Part shown: positions 19,501 to 28,816 of the stretch, piece by piece
Position numbering within the stretch: position 1 is the stretch's first letter
Layout: each line of letters starts with the position of its first letter
Assembly (NCBI GenBank): GCA_037142615.1
Contig: JBAXAI010000007.1
Location: forward strand, 32,001-96,000
Direction of reading: 5' to 3'
DNA from: Spirochaetales bacterium
Lineage (GTDB): Bacteria; Spirochaetota; Spirochaetia; JABEVK01
Length of the DNA stretch: 64,000 nucleotides
Notes under the pieces: generated by a model
The model's database searches: none
The model's input: only the letters and a program-made list of their open reading frames with translations
Told to the model about the DNA's origin: nothing
Position numbers and translations under genes: made by a program

Positions 19501-21624
19501 ATGTTTAGAAATCGATTGTACCAGCTATTCTTCCGCATAACCCTCGTGACTATGGTCTTGACTGGTCTATTGGGGTGTTCGCTGTTAAGTATGATGACGA
19601 CTCCCGAAAATGTGCTCCTGAAGAGCCTGTCGGTTGATGGGCTGACCCTCACACCGGCATTTGATCCGGCAATTTCGGACTACACGGTTTCGTCGTCGTT
19701 TGGCTGGACGGCAACGCTGAATGCCGAGGCCCAGATTGCCGGTGTCACAGTGACGGGTACGGGCGAACAGAATCTCACAGGGCACGTTTCCGATCTGGTT
19801 GTCAGCGGAACGGGAACCAAGGGCGACAAGAGCGCCTACCACGTCAAGGTGACCTTGGCGGATGTCCCCGAAGGCGATGACCTTTCGACCTACCTGAAAA
19901 CCCTGGTGGTGACTGGGGGAACACTGGTCCCCGAGTTTAACCCGACGGTAAAGGAATACCAGCTCATCATGCCTGGAACAACCTACGCTGCCGTTGACGT
20001 CGCCTCAACCGCCGCGTGGACCAGTAGCCAAGCCACCAACTTGGCCAATACCTACCTCTCTTCTGGCGACACTTTGGCGGTGACTTGCACTAGTAGCAGC
20101 GGTGCCAAGAGAGTCTACAGTTTGAAGCGAACCACGGGGATCACGCTGGACTACAATGCGAATGGTGGCGATCTAGGCTCGGCGCCAACTACACAGGCGG
20201 GTCAGACAGGAACTTCGCTGACTGTGGCGACATTGCCCTCGGGTTTTGGCCGAACCGGCTACAACTTTGCGTCTTGGAACACGCAGGCAGACGGGAACGG
20301 AACGAACTTTGCGCCAGGGTCGACCTATTCCTTGGGGGCTTCCTCGGCGACCCTCTACGCCCGCTGGACTCTGGGTCAGTACTCGGTCACCTACGATGGA
20401 AACGGGAACTCCAGCGGCAGTGTTCCGACTGATGGAACACTGCATGTTTTTGGCTCGACGGTTTACTTTTCCGCGAACGTAGGTAGCCTTTCGAAAACAG
20501 GGAGTCTCTTTGCAGGCTGGAACACGAAGGCCGACGGGTCCGGAACAGGCTATGCGGCCGGAAACACCACAATGGTAGCCGGGGACCTCATCCTGTACGC
20601 GCGCTGGAGCCACGAGGTGAAATCCATCTCCGCCGGAGCTGACCATGTCTTGGTCGTCGCTACCGACGGGTCGCTCTTCGCCAGCGGACGCAATGACCAT
20701 GGAGAATTGGGTGACGGTGGAACGACGGACAGCCTAGTTCCCAAGAAGGTCATGGACTCCGTCGCTTCTGCAGTCGCGGGTGGCGGTTTCTCTTTGATCC
20801 TGAAGTCTGACGGGACTGTCTGGTCCTGCGGCCTCAACTCACACGGACAACTTGGAGACGGCACGACGAGTGACCGCTTTGTCCCGGTCCAGGTCCTGAG
20901 TTCGGTCTCCGCCGTTGCGGCTGGCTATAGCCACTCAATGTTCCTGAAGAACGACGGCACGTTATGGGCCTGCGGACAAGATACCTATGGTCAACTCGCC
21001 GATGGCTCCACGAGTGACCGCTTGACGCCCGTGCAGGTGATGAGTTCTGTCTCGGCGGTGTCGGCTGGCTACTCCCACACCCTGATCCTGAAATTGAATG
21101 GCACCCTGTGGTCAGTCGGGGGAAATGGAGGCCAGTTGGGCGATGGGAGCACAACGAACCGTTCAGCCCCGGTACAGGTTCTCGCCTCTGTTTCGACTCT
21201 TTCTGCCGGGTGGTTTCACTCGCTGGCCGTGAAGACGGATGGCACCCTGTGGGTGACTGGAATCAACACGACCGGTGAGCTAGGGATAGGTACGACGACC
21301 ACGATTTTGACGTTCGGGCAGACTTCTGACTCCTCGGTTTCGGCTGTTGCCGGAGGGAGATCCCACAGCGTGTTCCTAAAAGCCGATGGTACGCTTTGGG
21401 CGGCAGGTTCCAATACCAAGGGGCAATTGGCAAACGGAACCACCGCTGGCAATTGGTCCAGAATCCAGGTGGCTGCGTCTGTGACAAGCGTCGCCTGCGG
21501 TCAGTATGACACGCTCTATGTGAAATCCGACAAGTCCGTTTGGGCTGCGGGTGCCAATACCTATGGCCAACTCGGCGACGGCAGCACGACAGATCGCTCC
21601 GACCCCGTCCAAATCCTCTTCTAG
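19501..21624 (+). CDS. Surface lipoprotein with cadherin-like beta-sandwich, InlB B-repeats and RCC1 repeats
   Basis: Lipobox LLGC, LTPAFDP/LVPEFNP beta-sandwich, two YNANGG...WNT.ADG.G...LYARW repeats, and multiple G.N..GQLGDG.T RCC1 repeats. Confidence 0.85.
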   Translation: MFRNRLYQLFFRITLVTMVLTGLLGCSLLSMMTTPENVLLKSLSVDGLTLTPAFDPAISDYTVSSSFGWTATLNAEAQIAGVTVTGTGEQNLTGHVSDLVVSGTGTKGDKSAYHVKVTLADVPEGDDLSTYLKTLVVTGGTLVPEFNPTVKEYQLIMPGTTYAAVDVASTAAWTSSQATNLANTYLSSGDTLAVTCTSSSGAKRVYSLKRTTGITLDYNANGGDLGSAPTTQAGQTGTSLTVATLPSGFGRTGYNFASWNTQADGNGTNFAPGSTYSLGASSATLYARWTLGQYSVTYDGNGNSSGSVPTDGTLHVFGSTVYFSANVGSLSKTGSLFAGWNTKADGSGTGYAAGNTTMVAGDLILYARWSHEVKSISAGADHVLVVATDGSLFASGRNDHGELGDGGTTDSLVPKKVMDSVASAVAGGGFSLILKSDGTVWSCGLNSHGQLGDGTTSDRFVPVQVLSSVSAVAAGYSHSMFLKNDGTLWACGQDTYGQLADGSTSDRLTPVQVMSSVSAVSAGYSHTLILKLNGTLWSVGGNGGQLGDGSTTNRSAPVQVLASVSTLSAGWFHSLAVKTDGTLWVTGINTTGELGIGTTTTILTFGQTSDSSVSAVAGGRSHSVFLKADGTLWAAGSNTKGQLANGTTAGNWSRIQVAASVTSVACGQYDTLYVKSDKSVWAAGANTYGQLGDGSTTDRSDPVQILF

Positions 21625-21635
21625 GAACCCACACT

Positions 21636-23969
21636 ATGAACAAACCCTACCCGTTCGCGATGCTCCTGGGCCTTTTCCTCCTTTCCCCTCTCCTCCCCGC
21701 CGAGACACCTGGCAACCTCTTCCAAATGGCCTCGCCTGGCACGGTCCAGCTCAAGACAGGCCTGCAACTGGAAGGCAAGAACGCCAAGAACCCGGAGCAG
21801 GTCAACCTGTTCCTGAAAACCCTCGGATTGAAGCCCCTGGGGAGCACAATTGCGCTCTCGAGCGGTACAGGGATCGCGCTGTCGTCCGACGGGATGATTC
21901 TCACGAACGCCCATGTTGTGCTCATGTCGGGGAAGGAGCGCTCGGATGCACGCCAGGGCCTGATCAAGGTGTTCCAGCAGCAATTTGATCTGATCAACGG
22001 CTACACCGCCTACCAGCGGCAACAGAAGAAGATCCCGACCTTCACCAATCTAGACCAACTGGCCCAGGACCTTTCGCACGTCATCCTTGAGAGCCCGATC
22101 TTGCTCCAGCTTCAGGTGAACAATACCGAGACCCGGGCCGTGCGCATTCTGGCGGCCGACGAAGACCGCGACTTGGCCTTGGTACAGTCGGACTTCATCG
22201 ACCTCAAGCCGTTGCGTTTGGCCGACTCGGCCGCTGTCAATGTCGGCGACGATGTGATCGCGCTGGGCTATCCTCTGGGAAGCACGCTCGAAGACATGTT
22301 CTCGCAGGTGGTGACGACCATGACCAAGGGCTCCATCACTGCCATCCGAAAGGCCAACCTTGCCTTGCAGCACTCGGCCAACATCACCCACGGCAACTCG
22401 GGCGGACCGCTGATCAATGCCGCTGGCGATGTGGTGGGCATCAACTCGGCGGGAATCACCGAGGGTAACAACCTGAACCTGGCAATTGCGTCAAGCACGG
22501 CAAAACAATTTCTGGTCGACACCGGTCATCGGGACGTGATGCTTGCCAATGCGGGACTGCCCATACCGGTCTTCGCGCCCAAGCCCACAGAGGCTTTCAA
22601 CCCCACTCGCGGCAAGGGAATGGTAACCATCACAGGCCTGCTTGCGGGAACCAAAGTGTCGGTGCTTTCGAACGACGAGGTGAAGAAGCGCGAGTTCACC
22701 GCCCCGAGCGACGGCAAACTGGTGTTGATCGACCTGCCTTTCGGCACGTTGCAGATCGAGGCGGATGTCCAAGTCTACAATAAGCTGTACTACCCCCGCT
22801 ATTTCGATACCGGAAAGTCGGTCATCGTCGTCGGCTACCCTGCGGGACTCATGCTTCGCCTGGACAGCAGCAAGGACTGCAAGGTGCCTGAAAACGGGTT
22901 CTTGGAGCTGACTTTGGATGACAAGCAGCACACGCTCGACCCCGTCGCCGCGTGGGGTCGAGGGGTTCAATCCCAGGTCGAAGTGATGGATGAATCCAAC
23001 TACACGGTCACCTTCGGTTCCGGCGCACTTGAAGTGTCGGGAGTTCCGGCAGGGGCCGAAGTGACACTCAATGGTGTGTTGGCCGGACCCGCGGACTCCG
23101 GTGGCCTGTGGTCTTCGGTTCATGCGCCACTGGGGCCCCTCAAAGTAGGTCTCAAGGCGCCGACTTGGGTTGCTCCGGCAGAATCGGTCACCATCGGTTC
23201 CCAGGGGGTCGCCAGGGTCACGCTGACGCCAACGCCTTCGGCTCAACTTCTGATCAAGACAACCCAAAAGTGGCAAGACCTGAAGATCGCACTCCTCGAC
23301 GGGGCCGCCAAGGCGATCGAACTACCGTTCTTGGAAGACGCCAACGTCATCGAGCTCCAGTTGCCCGAAGACACATACCAACTGCGGGTCAGATTGCCCG
23401 ACGACTCAGCCGACTTCTATGACCAGCCCTTCGCGCTCGCGGTAGGCAAGGCGACCGAGATTGCACTTCCCTCCATCGGCCACTCGGAAGCCTGGGTCGC
23501 CGAGCAAGCCCGGCTTGCCGCCGAAAAGAAGGCACAGTTCGAAGCGTTCCTGGGCAAGTTGTTCTTTCTGGGAGCTCAGGCCGGAGATCCCGTGCCCTAC
23601 GCCCTGATGGCGGGGGTGAACCTCGCGCCGTTTGAGCTGAAAGCCGGCGTCAGTTGGTCTCCAGTACCAGTCCTGCTGGGTGCAACGGCAACCGCATCGT
23701 TTTGGTTCGTCAAGATCGGCGACTTGGCGGTGGGGGCCGGAGTGACGGCAGACTATATGTCGATCCAGTCCAGCTGGGACTATGGCGGAAAAGCGCCGGC
23801 AACCCTGACGTCCACCCTGCTGCTGGCGGGACCGAGCGTTTTGGCCAAGTGGAACGGCTTCGTTATCGATGCCGGTGCGGGTTGGGCGTTGCGCCACCGC
23901 AACCTCGTGGCAGCACCAGCCGATGGCATCGGCACGCATGTGCTCGCGGGCTGGTATTGGAACTACTAA
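21636..23969 (+). CDS. Secreted trypsin-like serine protease with PEGA-like repeats and beta-rich C-terminus
   Basis: Signal peptide and catalytic triad motifs ILTNAHV, DRDLAL, GNSGGPL. Confidence 0.8.
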   Translation: MNKPYPFAMLLGLFLLSPLLPAETPGNLFQMASPGTVQLKTGLQLEGKNAKNPEQVNLFLKTLGLKPLGSTIALSSGTGIALSSDGMILTNAHVVLMSGKERSDARQGLIKVFQQQFDLINGYTAYQRQQKKIPTFTNLDQLAQDLSHVILESPILLQLQVNNTETRAVRILAADEDRDLALVQSDFIDLKPLRLADSAAVNVGDDVIALGYPLGSTLEDMFSQVVTTMTKGSITAIRKANLALQHSANITHGNSGGPLINAAGDVVGINSAGITEGNNLNLAIASSTAKQFLVDTGHRDVMLANAGLPIPVFAPKPTEAFNPTRGKGMVTITGLLAGTKVSVLSNDEVKKREFTAPSDGKLVLIDLPFGTLQIEADVQVYNKLYYPRYFDTGKSVIVVGYPAGLMLRLDSSKDCKVPENGFLELTLDDKQHTLDPVAAWGRGVQSQVEVMDESNYTVTFGSGALEVSGVPAGAEVTLNGVLAGPADSGGLWSSVHAPLGPLKVGLKAPTWVAPAESVTIGSQGVARVTLTPTPSAQLLIKTTQKWQDLKIALLDGAAKAIELPFLEDANVIELQLPEDTYQLRVRLPDDSADFYDQPFALAVGKATEIALPSIGHSEAWVAEQARLAAEKKAQFEAFLGKLFFLGAQAGDPVPYALMAGVNLAPFELKAGVSWSPVPVLLGATATASFWFVKIGDLAVGAGVTADYMSIQSSWDYGGKAPATLTSTLLLAGPSVLAKWNGFVIDAGAGWALRHRNLVAAPADGIGTHVLAGWYWNY

Positions 23970-23970
23970 G

Positions 23971-25140
23971 CTAGAACACCATCCGGCCCTTCCCGCGCGA
24001 CGCATCCAGAGCCGCCAAGGCGGCTTCCGGTTCCGCAAACCTGTCAAACATGGAGCGGTTTGGGGAGCCGACGAGGGCGACCAAGCCCCGCCGAACCCGG
24101 CAACTCTTGCGCAGAAACTCCAGCTTGGACCAGTCGGCCTCGCTGAACCGGCGGACCTCGCGCGTGTCGAGCAGCAGCCGGGTCCATCCCGCTCGGACGA
24201 GATCGGTAAGGCGTCCCAGGGTATTGCTGCCTTTGGGAAACAACACCGGGCCGGAAAAGCTCACGAAAACCGCGTCGCTGAACGGTAACTGTGCCAGTGC
24301 CACGTCGCAGGCGCTCGTCAGCAGCGTGTGCACCGCGTCCCGACGGGCACGGGCCTGCGCCGCCGAGCCGGGAAGGCCGAAGCGCCCTAGGAAGGGCACG
24401 CTGCGGTCCAGCAGCCACGGCGTCACACGACCGAGGGCGAACTCTGAGGTCACGTCAGGTACGCCGCCGTAGAAGGCTTCGGCGACGGCGCCCGCGATGC
24501 AAGCCTGGGTGTCGGCGTCGCCCCCGAGCGAAATGGCATTGCGCAGGGCATCGTCGAAGTCTGTCGACTCCAGAAAGGCGATCAGTGCCTCGGGAACACT
24601 CCGCTGGCAGTCGACGTGGAACTCGTAGTCGGGACGCAAATCCTCGAGCCGCCGCGACAGGTCGTATCCCGTTTGTTCGGTGACACGGCGTGCGATCTCG
24701 GCCTTGCTGGCCCCGCGCCGGGCCAGGAACACGGCCATCGCCACGGCCTGGGCGCCCTTGATGCCCTCGGGGTGGTTGTGGCTGACGGCGGCCTGTGCTC
24801 CGGCGGCAGCGAGCACCTCGGCCTCGGTGTCGAACGCCCAACCGACCGGGCTGACCCGCATGGCCGAGCCGTTACCCCACGAATTGTACGGACCTTCGGT
24901 GGGATCGTGCAGCCAGCGGATGAAATGGCCCCCGTAGCCCGCCGTGGGGTACTCGAGGCCCACCTCGCGCATCACCTCGGCCCAAGGTCGGCCAGCCTCG
25001 AGCGCGTGTGCCACGGCTATGGTCATCACCGAGTCGTCGGTACACTGCGACCAGGGGTTGAGGAACTCGAAGTCCTTGGTCTTCTGGCTCAGCGACTCGT
25101 ACGTCGAGCCGATCACGTCACCGACAATGGCACCCAGCAT
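23971..25140 (-). CDS. ADP-ribosylglycohydrolase with C-terminal STAS-like domain
   Basis: GAIVGDVIGS, TDDS, SWGNGSAMR, SHNHPEG, GGDADT, plus about 110 extra C-terminal residues with STAS-like pattern (RLLLDTREVRRF). Confidence 0.85.
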   Translation of the reverse strand: MLGAIVGDVIGSTYESLSQKTKDFEFLNPWSQCTDDSVMTIAVAHALEAGRPWAEVMREVGLEYPTAGYGGHFIRWLHDPTEGPYNSWGNGSAMRVSPVGWAFDTEAEVLAAAGAQAAVSHNHPEGIKGAQAVAMAVFLARRGASKAEIARRVTEQTGYDLSRRLEDLRPDYEFHVDCQRSVPEALIAFLESTDFDDALRNAISLGGDADTQACIAGAVAEAFYGGVPDVTSEFALGRVTPWLLDRSVPFLGRFGLPGSAAQARARRDAVHTLLTSACDVALAQLPFSDAVFVSFSGPVLFPKGSNTLGRLTDLVRAGWTRLLLDTREVRRFSEADWSKLEFLRKSCRVRRGLVALVGSPNRSMFDRFAEPEAALAALDASRGKGRMVF

Positions 25141-25155
25141 AGATGGCCTCCTCGT

Positions 25156-25174
25156 TAGTGTTAACTATACACTA
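25156..25174. promoter_or_regulatory. NrtR box 3
   Basis: Perfect TAGTGT-taactat-ACACTA over TATAGT (-10). TTGACA is on the minus strand at 25186-25191. Confidence 0.85.
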
Positions 25175-25603
25175 TATCAAAGAATTGTCAAGAATCCGGT
25201 GTTGTTCCCCGAACACCCGCCCTACCAACCCCGCCAACTCCTCGACAAGTGCCGTTCCAGCCAGCGCCGGATCGGCTTGGTACTGTTGCAGCAGCGACGT
25301 GTAGAACCACCGCTGCTCGCTCCGCAGGGCGCGGAAATGCTTCCAGAAATCGGAACCGAGCCGAGTCTCCCCTCATAGAATGCAGGTTGTGCAGCTTGTC
25401 GGCCGCGAAAGCAGCCGAGCCTCAGTACTGTTGCACCGCAGGCTGTCGATGTACAGGGTCTTGCGCTGCCGCCAGTCGCGGATGCTCTTGTCTTCCGATA
25501 CGGCGAGTGGATAGGCGATGTAGGGAGTGTGGTCGACTTTGCGGGTTTGGTGTTTGTGGGCCTCGGTCGCCACCTGGATGGCCTCGAAATAGTCCTTCAT
25601 CAT
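25172..25603 (-). pseudogene. HD-domain (Mesh1/small alarmone hydrolase-like) pseudogene
   Basis: AHKHQTRK..TPYIAYPLAV is joined directly to SEDKS..WRQRK, so the HD core is deleted. AADKLHN and FWKHF...QRWFY lie in shifted frames. Confidence 0.7.
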
Positions 25604-25945
25604 CGGCGTTCCTCCACGATTCTCTCGGTCGGAACCCGCCCGTCGAAGGCCTTGTGCACTTGCGCGGCCGTGAGTTCCGACCCGGTATGCACCACGCCCT
25701 CTCAGGCCAACCAGAGGTGTAGGCCAGTTGGTTGGTCTCTCAGGCCGTCATGTACGGCTGGCGCAGGCTTCTCAGGTCTGTCTTGGCGCTTCCCGCGCGC
25801 AACGCCGTGCGCAGATCCTTAAGTGCGTTCCCCGCAGGTTCACGTCGAAGCGAGTAGCTTTCTCCAGTTACCAGCGCAGGTGGGCGTACCTGTCCTCGGT
25901 ATAGACACGGATCGTGTCGTTTATCCAGAAGGATTCGGTTCCGTT

Positions 25946-26053
25946 GGCCAACGACGTGTTGCGGAGTGAACGCTTGTTGGCGATGAAGCGGGAGATCCTG
26001 GCGTCACTGCGAAAGAGTGGGGTTGAGGTGCCCGAGGACTTGGAAGAACTGGA
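25946..26053 (+). repeat. 108-bp direct repeat, copy 2 (orphan copy of the phosphatase 3' end)
   Basis: Matches 19293-19400 and abuts the nrtR stop codon. Confidence 0.9.
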
Positions 26054-26056
26054 CTC

Positions 26057-26743
26057 CTAGAGCTCGAACCCGTAGCCTTGGGCCTGCAACTTCCGGTAGG
26101 CCTCGGCGTCGAACCGGAACAGCTGGGCAGCCCGGTGGGGCACGCCCTCCTCCACCTTGTCGAGGGGAATCAGCAAGTTGGTCGACAGCAGTTTCTTGCG
26201 GAAGTTCCGTTTGTCCAGCTCCTCGCGAAGAATCGTTTCGTAGAGGCGCTGCAGCTGGGTCAGGGTGAACTCCTGGGGCAGGAACTCGAAACCCAGCGGT
26301 TGGGTGCGCAGCTTGTGCTGCAACTGCCGCAGCGCGTCGGCCAGAATGGTCGCGTGGTCAAAAGCCAGGCTGGGCAAGTCGTCAACGGCAAACCACAAGG
26401 CGTCCGCGGCGTCGGTGGCAGGGCGGACCTTGTGCTCAAACAAATTGACGATGGCGAACCACGCCACGGTGATCACGCGCTCGCGGGGGTCGCGGCCCGG
26501 GGTCCCATAGGCTGCCAACTGCTCCAGGTAGAGTTGAGTGACCCCAGTCTCCTCCTCGAGCTCGCGGCGAGCGGCCGCCTCCAGGTCCTCGTCCATCTTG
26601 ATGAACCCGCCGGGCAGAGCCCACGCCCCCTGAAACGGCTCGAGCGCCCGCTGGATGAGCAGGACCTTGAGAGCCCCATCATCGAGGCCGAACACCACGC
26701 AGTCGACGGTGACTGCCGGATGCGGATACTGATACGTGTACAT
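26057..26743 (-). CDS. nrtR: NrtR, Nudix-related transcriptional regulator
   Basis: Nudix box [32 protein letters not shown], and C-terminal wHTH ([20 protein letters not shown]). Confidence 0.9.
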   Translation of the reverse strand: MYTYQYPHPAVTVDCVVFGLDDGALKVLLIQRALEPFQGAWALPGGFIKMDEDLEAAARRELEEETGVTQLYLEQLAAYGTPGRDPRERVITVAWFAIVNLFEHKVRPATDAADALWFAVDDLPSLAFDHATILADALRQLQHKLRTQPLGFEFLPQEFTLTQLQRLYETILREELDKRNFRKKLLSTNLLIPLDKVEEGVPHRAAQLFRFDAEAYRKLQAQGYGFEL

Positions 26744-26761
26744 GGTGTTAGAATAACACTT
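26743..26761. promoter_or_regulatory. NrtR box 4 (autoregulatory), on a probable leaderless promoter
   Basis: TGGTGT-tagaata-ACACTT touches the nrtR ATG. Minus strand has TTGACA (26772-26777) and TATTCT (26750-26755). Confidence 0.8.
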
Positions 26762-26832
26762 TCCTGTCAGTTGTCAAGAAGGCACCCCCAGTAGGCCAGC
26801 TGCTGGGCAGTTCATCGCCAACGACGAGCAAG

Positions 26833-28632
26833 CTAGACCCCGACATACCCGAAACTCAACATCGACTCGAGGGCCGCCACAGCCTTCGGGTCCTGGCAGA
26901 TAAAGCTCACTTTGGGCTTCAGCCCTTCCTGGAAGAGGTAGGTCGCCGCACAGACCACGGCCACCTGGGCAGCGACCTCCAGCGGATAGCCTCGGCCACC
27001 GGCACCCAACAGAGGAACGGCCAGATGCAGGAGTCCACGGTCTTTGGCCAGACGGAAGCAGTTCCGGTACACGGCCGCGAGTTGATCCCCGTCGTTCTTC
27101 CGGTTTCCCGTGCCATTGGGAACATTGGCGTGCAGCACCGCCGCCGCCGCCAGCGCGCCGCCCCCCGTCGCCGACACCTGGCCGGGAGTCAAAGATCCCA
27201 GAGCCTCACATTCCGCGCGGTAGGCGACGCCTCCCTCGGCGCGCAGGTGCCCGTCCAAGCCGGTTCCCGCCGACCAAGAACTGACGATCGCATCGGCGGA
27301 AATCCGGGCCAAATCGCCGGTGGTCACGACCATCGACCGCGCCGCGATCATGATGACCTTGCGGTTGATGTGCCCATCAAACCGACCCTCGTCCATCGCT
27401 TGGCTGCGCGAGTAGGCCTCAAAATGCGCGTTCTTGCGCAAGCGGGCGAGGCGGCCCTCCACGAGGTCCTTTTCCAGCGAGTCGAGGGAGGCGTTTTCCT
27501 TTTCCAAGGCAGGCGAGTCGGCGAGCCCCCCGAGGAAACCGCGGGCCCGTGCGAGAGCGGCCCTTATGGCTGCCTCGTCCTGAGCGTCCACGCTCGTCAT
27601 GGCCTCGCGCTTGGCCCGTGCGGACCGGAGCAAGGCAAGGGCCTCGGCGGCAACCGGATCCGCTGGCAGTGCGTCGAACGACGCCACGCTGACGACCGGC
27701 AGCCGGACCGACAGCCTGGCCTCGCGGCGCTCGCCGGATTCCGGATCGCTCCACGCCAGTTGAAACACACAGGCTTCCAGGTCATCGCCCGGTTTTCCCG
27801 CGAACGACGACAAGGCCCGCAGCGAGAAGCCGATCGTCTGGCGTGCCCCGGCCACCAGATTGGGAAGGACAGGTGTGCCCGCCTGGGAAACAGGAAAGTC
27901 GTTCAGGATGCCAACCAACTCGATCCCAGGACTCGGGAAGATCGACAGCGTGACCTGCCTGCCGACGACGGCCTTGAAACCCCGAAGCTCGGCCTCGAAC
28001 AGCCCGGGAAGCTGGTCGGCCTCTTCCACGTAATAGTAGGAACCGTCGCCCGCTCGCGAGATGGTCTCGAGCAGGTCCTCGTTGTAGTCCTCGCCGATGC
28101 CCATGGCGCTGGTCGCAACCCCCCTGTGCGCCGCCTCGGCGACCGCCGCCGCGATGGCGCCGGAGTCTGTGACACCTTCGTTGGCCAGCCCGTCGGTCAG
28201 CAGGACGACCCGGCGGGGACGATTGGCTTCGCTCGATCCCGCAAGGGTTGCGGCACCCGCGGCCCAGCCTCCCTGCAGGTCGGTATTGGCGCGGGCCTCG
28301 ATCAAGGCGATCTTCGCGTGAAGAGCAGAGGCGTCCTTGGCGGCGATGAGATCCTGAAGAACTTCCACCTGGTTGTCGAAGATGGTGAGGCTCACCCGGT
28401 CGTCTTTGCCGAGTTGCCCGATAGCCGCGCTGGCCCCCGCCCTGGCGAAGGCGATCTTGTTGCCTTGCATCGACCCCGACCGGTCGAGAACGAGAGCCAG
28501 GCTGACCGGAGACCTCTCCTCGGGGTGGTCGGGCTTGGCAACCTGGACGGTTGCCAGCAGGTCGAGGGTCCGAACGCCCTCCAGGGCGAACCCCTGCCTG
28601 ATCGGTCGGATGGACAGTTCCGGTGTAGTCAT
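26833..28632 (-). CDS. vWA domain protein fused to a C-terminal Macro domain
   Basis: MIDAS DRSGSM, LLTDGLAN, IGEDYNEDLL. C-terminal TTGDL..DAIV, TGGGALAA, Y.NCF.LA and PLLGAGGRGYP are macrodomain-like. Confidence 0.85.
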   Translation of the reverse strand: MTTPELSIRPIRQGFALEGVRTLDLLATVQVAKPDHPEERSPVSLALVLDRSGSMQGNKIAFARAGASAAIGQLGKDDRVSLTIFDNQVEVLQDLIAAKDASALHAKIALIEARANTDLQGGWAAGAATLAGSSEANRPRRVVLLTDGLANEGVTDSGAIAAAVAEAAHRGVATSAMGIGEDYNEDLLETISRAGDGSYYYVEEADQLPGLFEAELRGFKAVVGRQVTLSIFPSPGIELVGILNDFPVSQAGTPVLPNLVAGARQTIGFSLRALSSFAGKPGDDLEACVFQLAWSDPESGERREARLSVRLPVVSVASFDALPADPVAAEALALLRSARAKREAMTSVDAQDEAAIRAALARARGFLGGLADSPALEKENASLDSLEKDLVEGRLARLRKNAHFEAYSRSQAMDEGRFDGHINRKVIMIAARSMVVTTGDLARISADAIVSSWSAGTGLDGHLRAEGGVAYRAECEALGSLTPGQVSATGGGALAAAAVLHANVPNGTGNRKNDGDQLAAVYRNCFRLAKDRGLLHLAVPLLGAGGRGYPLEVAAQVAVVCAATYLFQEGLKPKVSFICQDPKAVAALESMLSFGYVGV

Positions 28633-28652
28633 TTGGGTCTCCTTGTTCTTCT

Positions 28653-28671
28653 TGGTGTATACACTACACTA
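28653..28671. promoter_or_regulatory. NrtR box 5
   Basis: TGGTGT-atacact-ACACTA upstream of vWA-Macro. TTGACA is on the minus strand at 28684-28689. Confidence 0.8.
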
Positions 28672-28797
28672 TTAAAGGAGATGTGTCAACAGGCCCCTGG
28701 TTTCTAGACCGGCCATCGTCCCGGCGCCGCTAAACACGGTATGGCCGAAAGGCTAGTCCACTTCGGAAGGGACAACAACCTTGACAGCACAAGAATA

Positions 28798-28816
28798 TGG
28801 TGTATATTCAACACTA
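28798..28816. promoter_or_regulatory. NrtR box 6, on a probable leaderless promoter
   Basis: TGGTGT-atattca-ACACTA ends on the A of ATG 28816. TTGACA is at 28781-28786 and TATATT at 28803-28808. Confidence 0.8.

Noticed and set aside
20690-21600. Regularly spaced similar sequences that could mimic an array
   Set aside because: Degenerate RCC1 coding repeats, with no identical DNA repeats or spacers. No CRISPR array was seen in the window.
25604-25945. Possible gene remnant upstream of the HD pseudogene
   Set aside because: Short interrupted frames with no recognisable family; cannot be supported.
27025-28707. 560-aa plus-strand ORF
   Set aside because: Antisense shadow of vWA-Macro.
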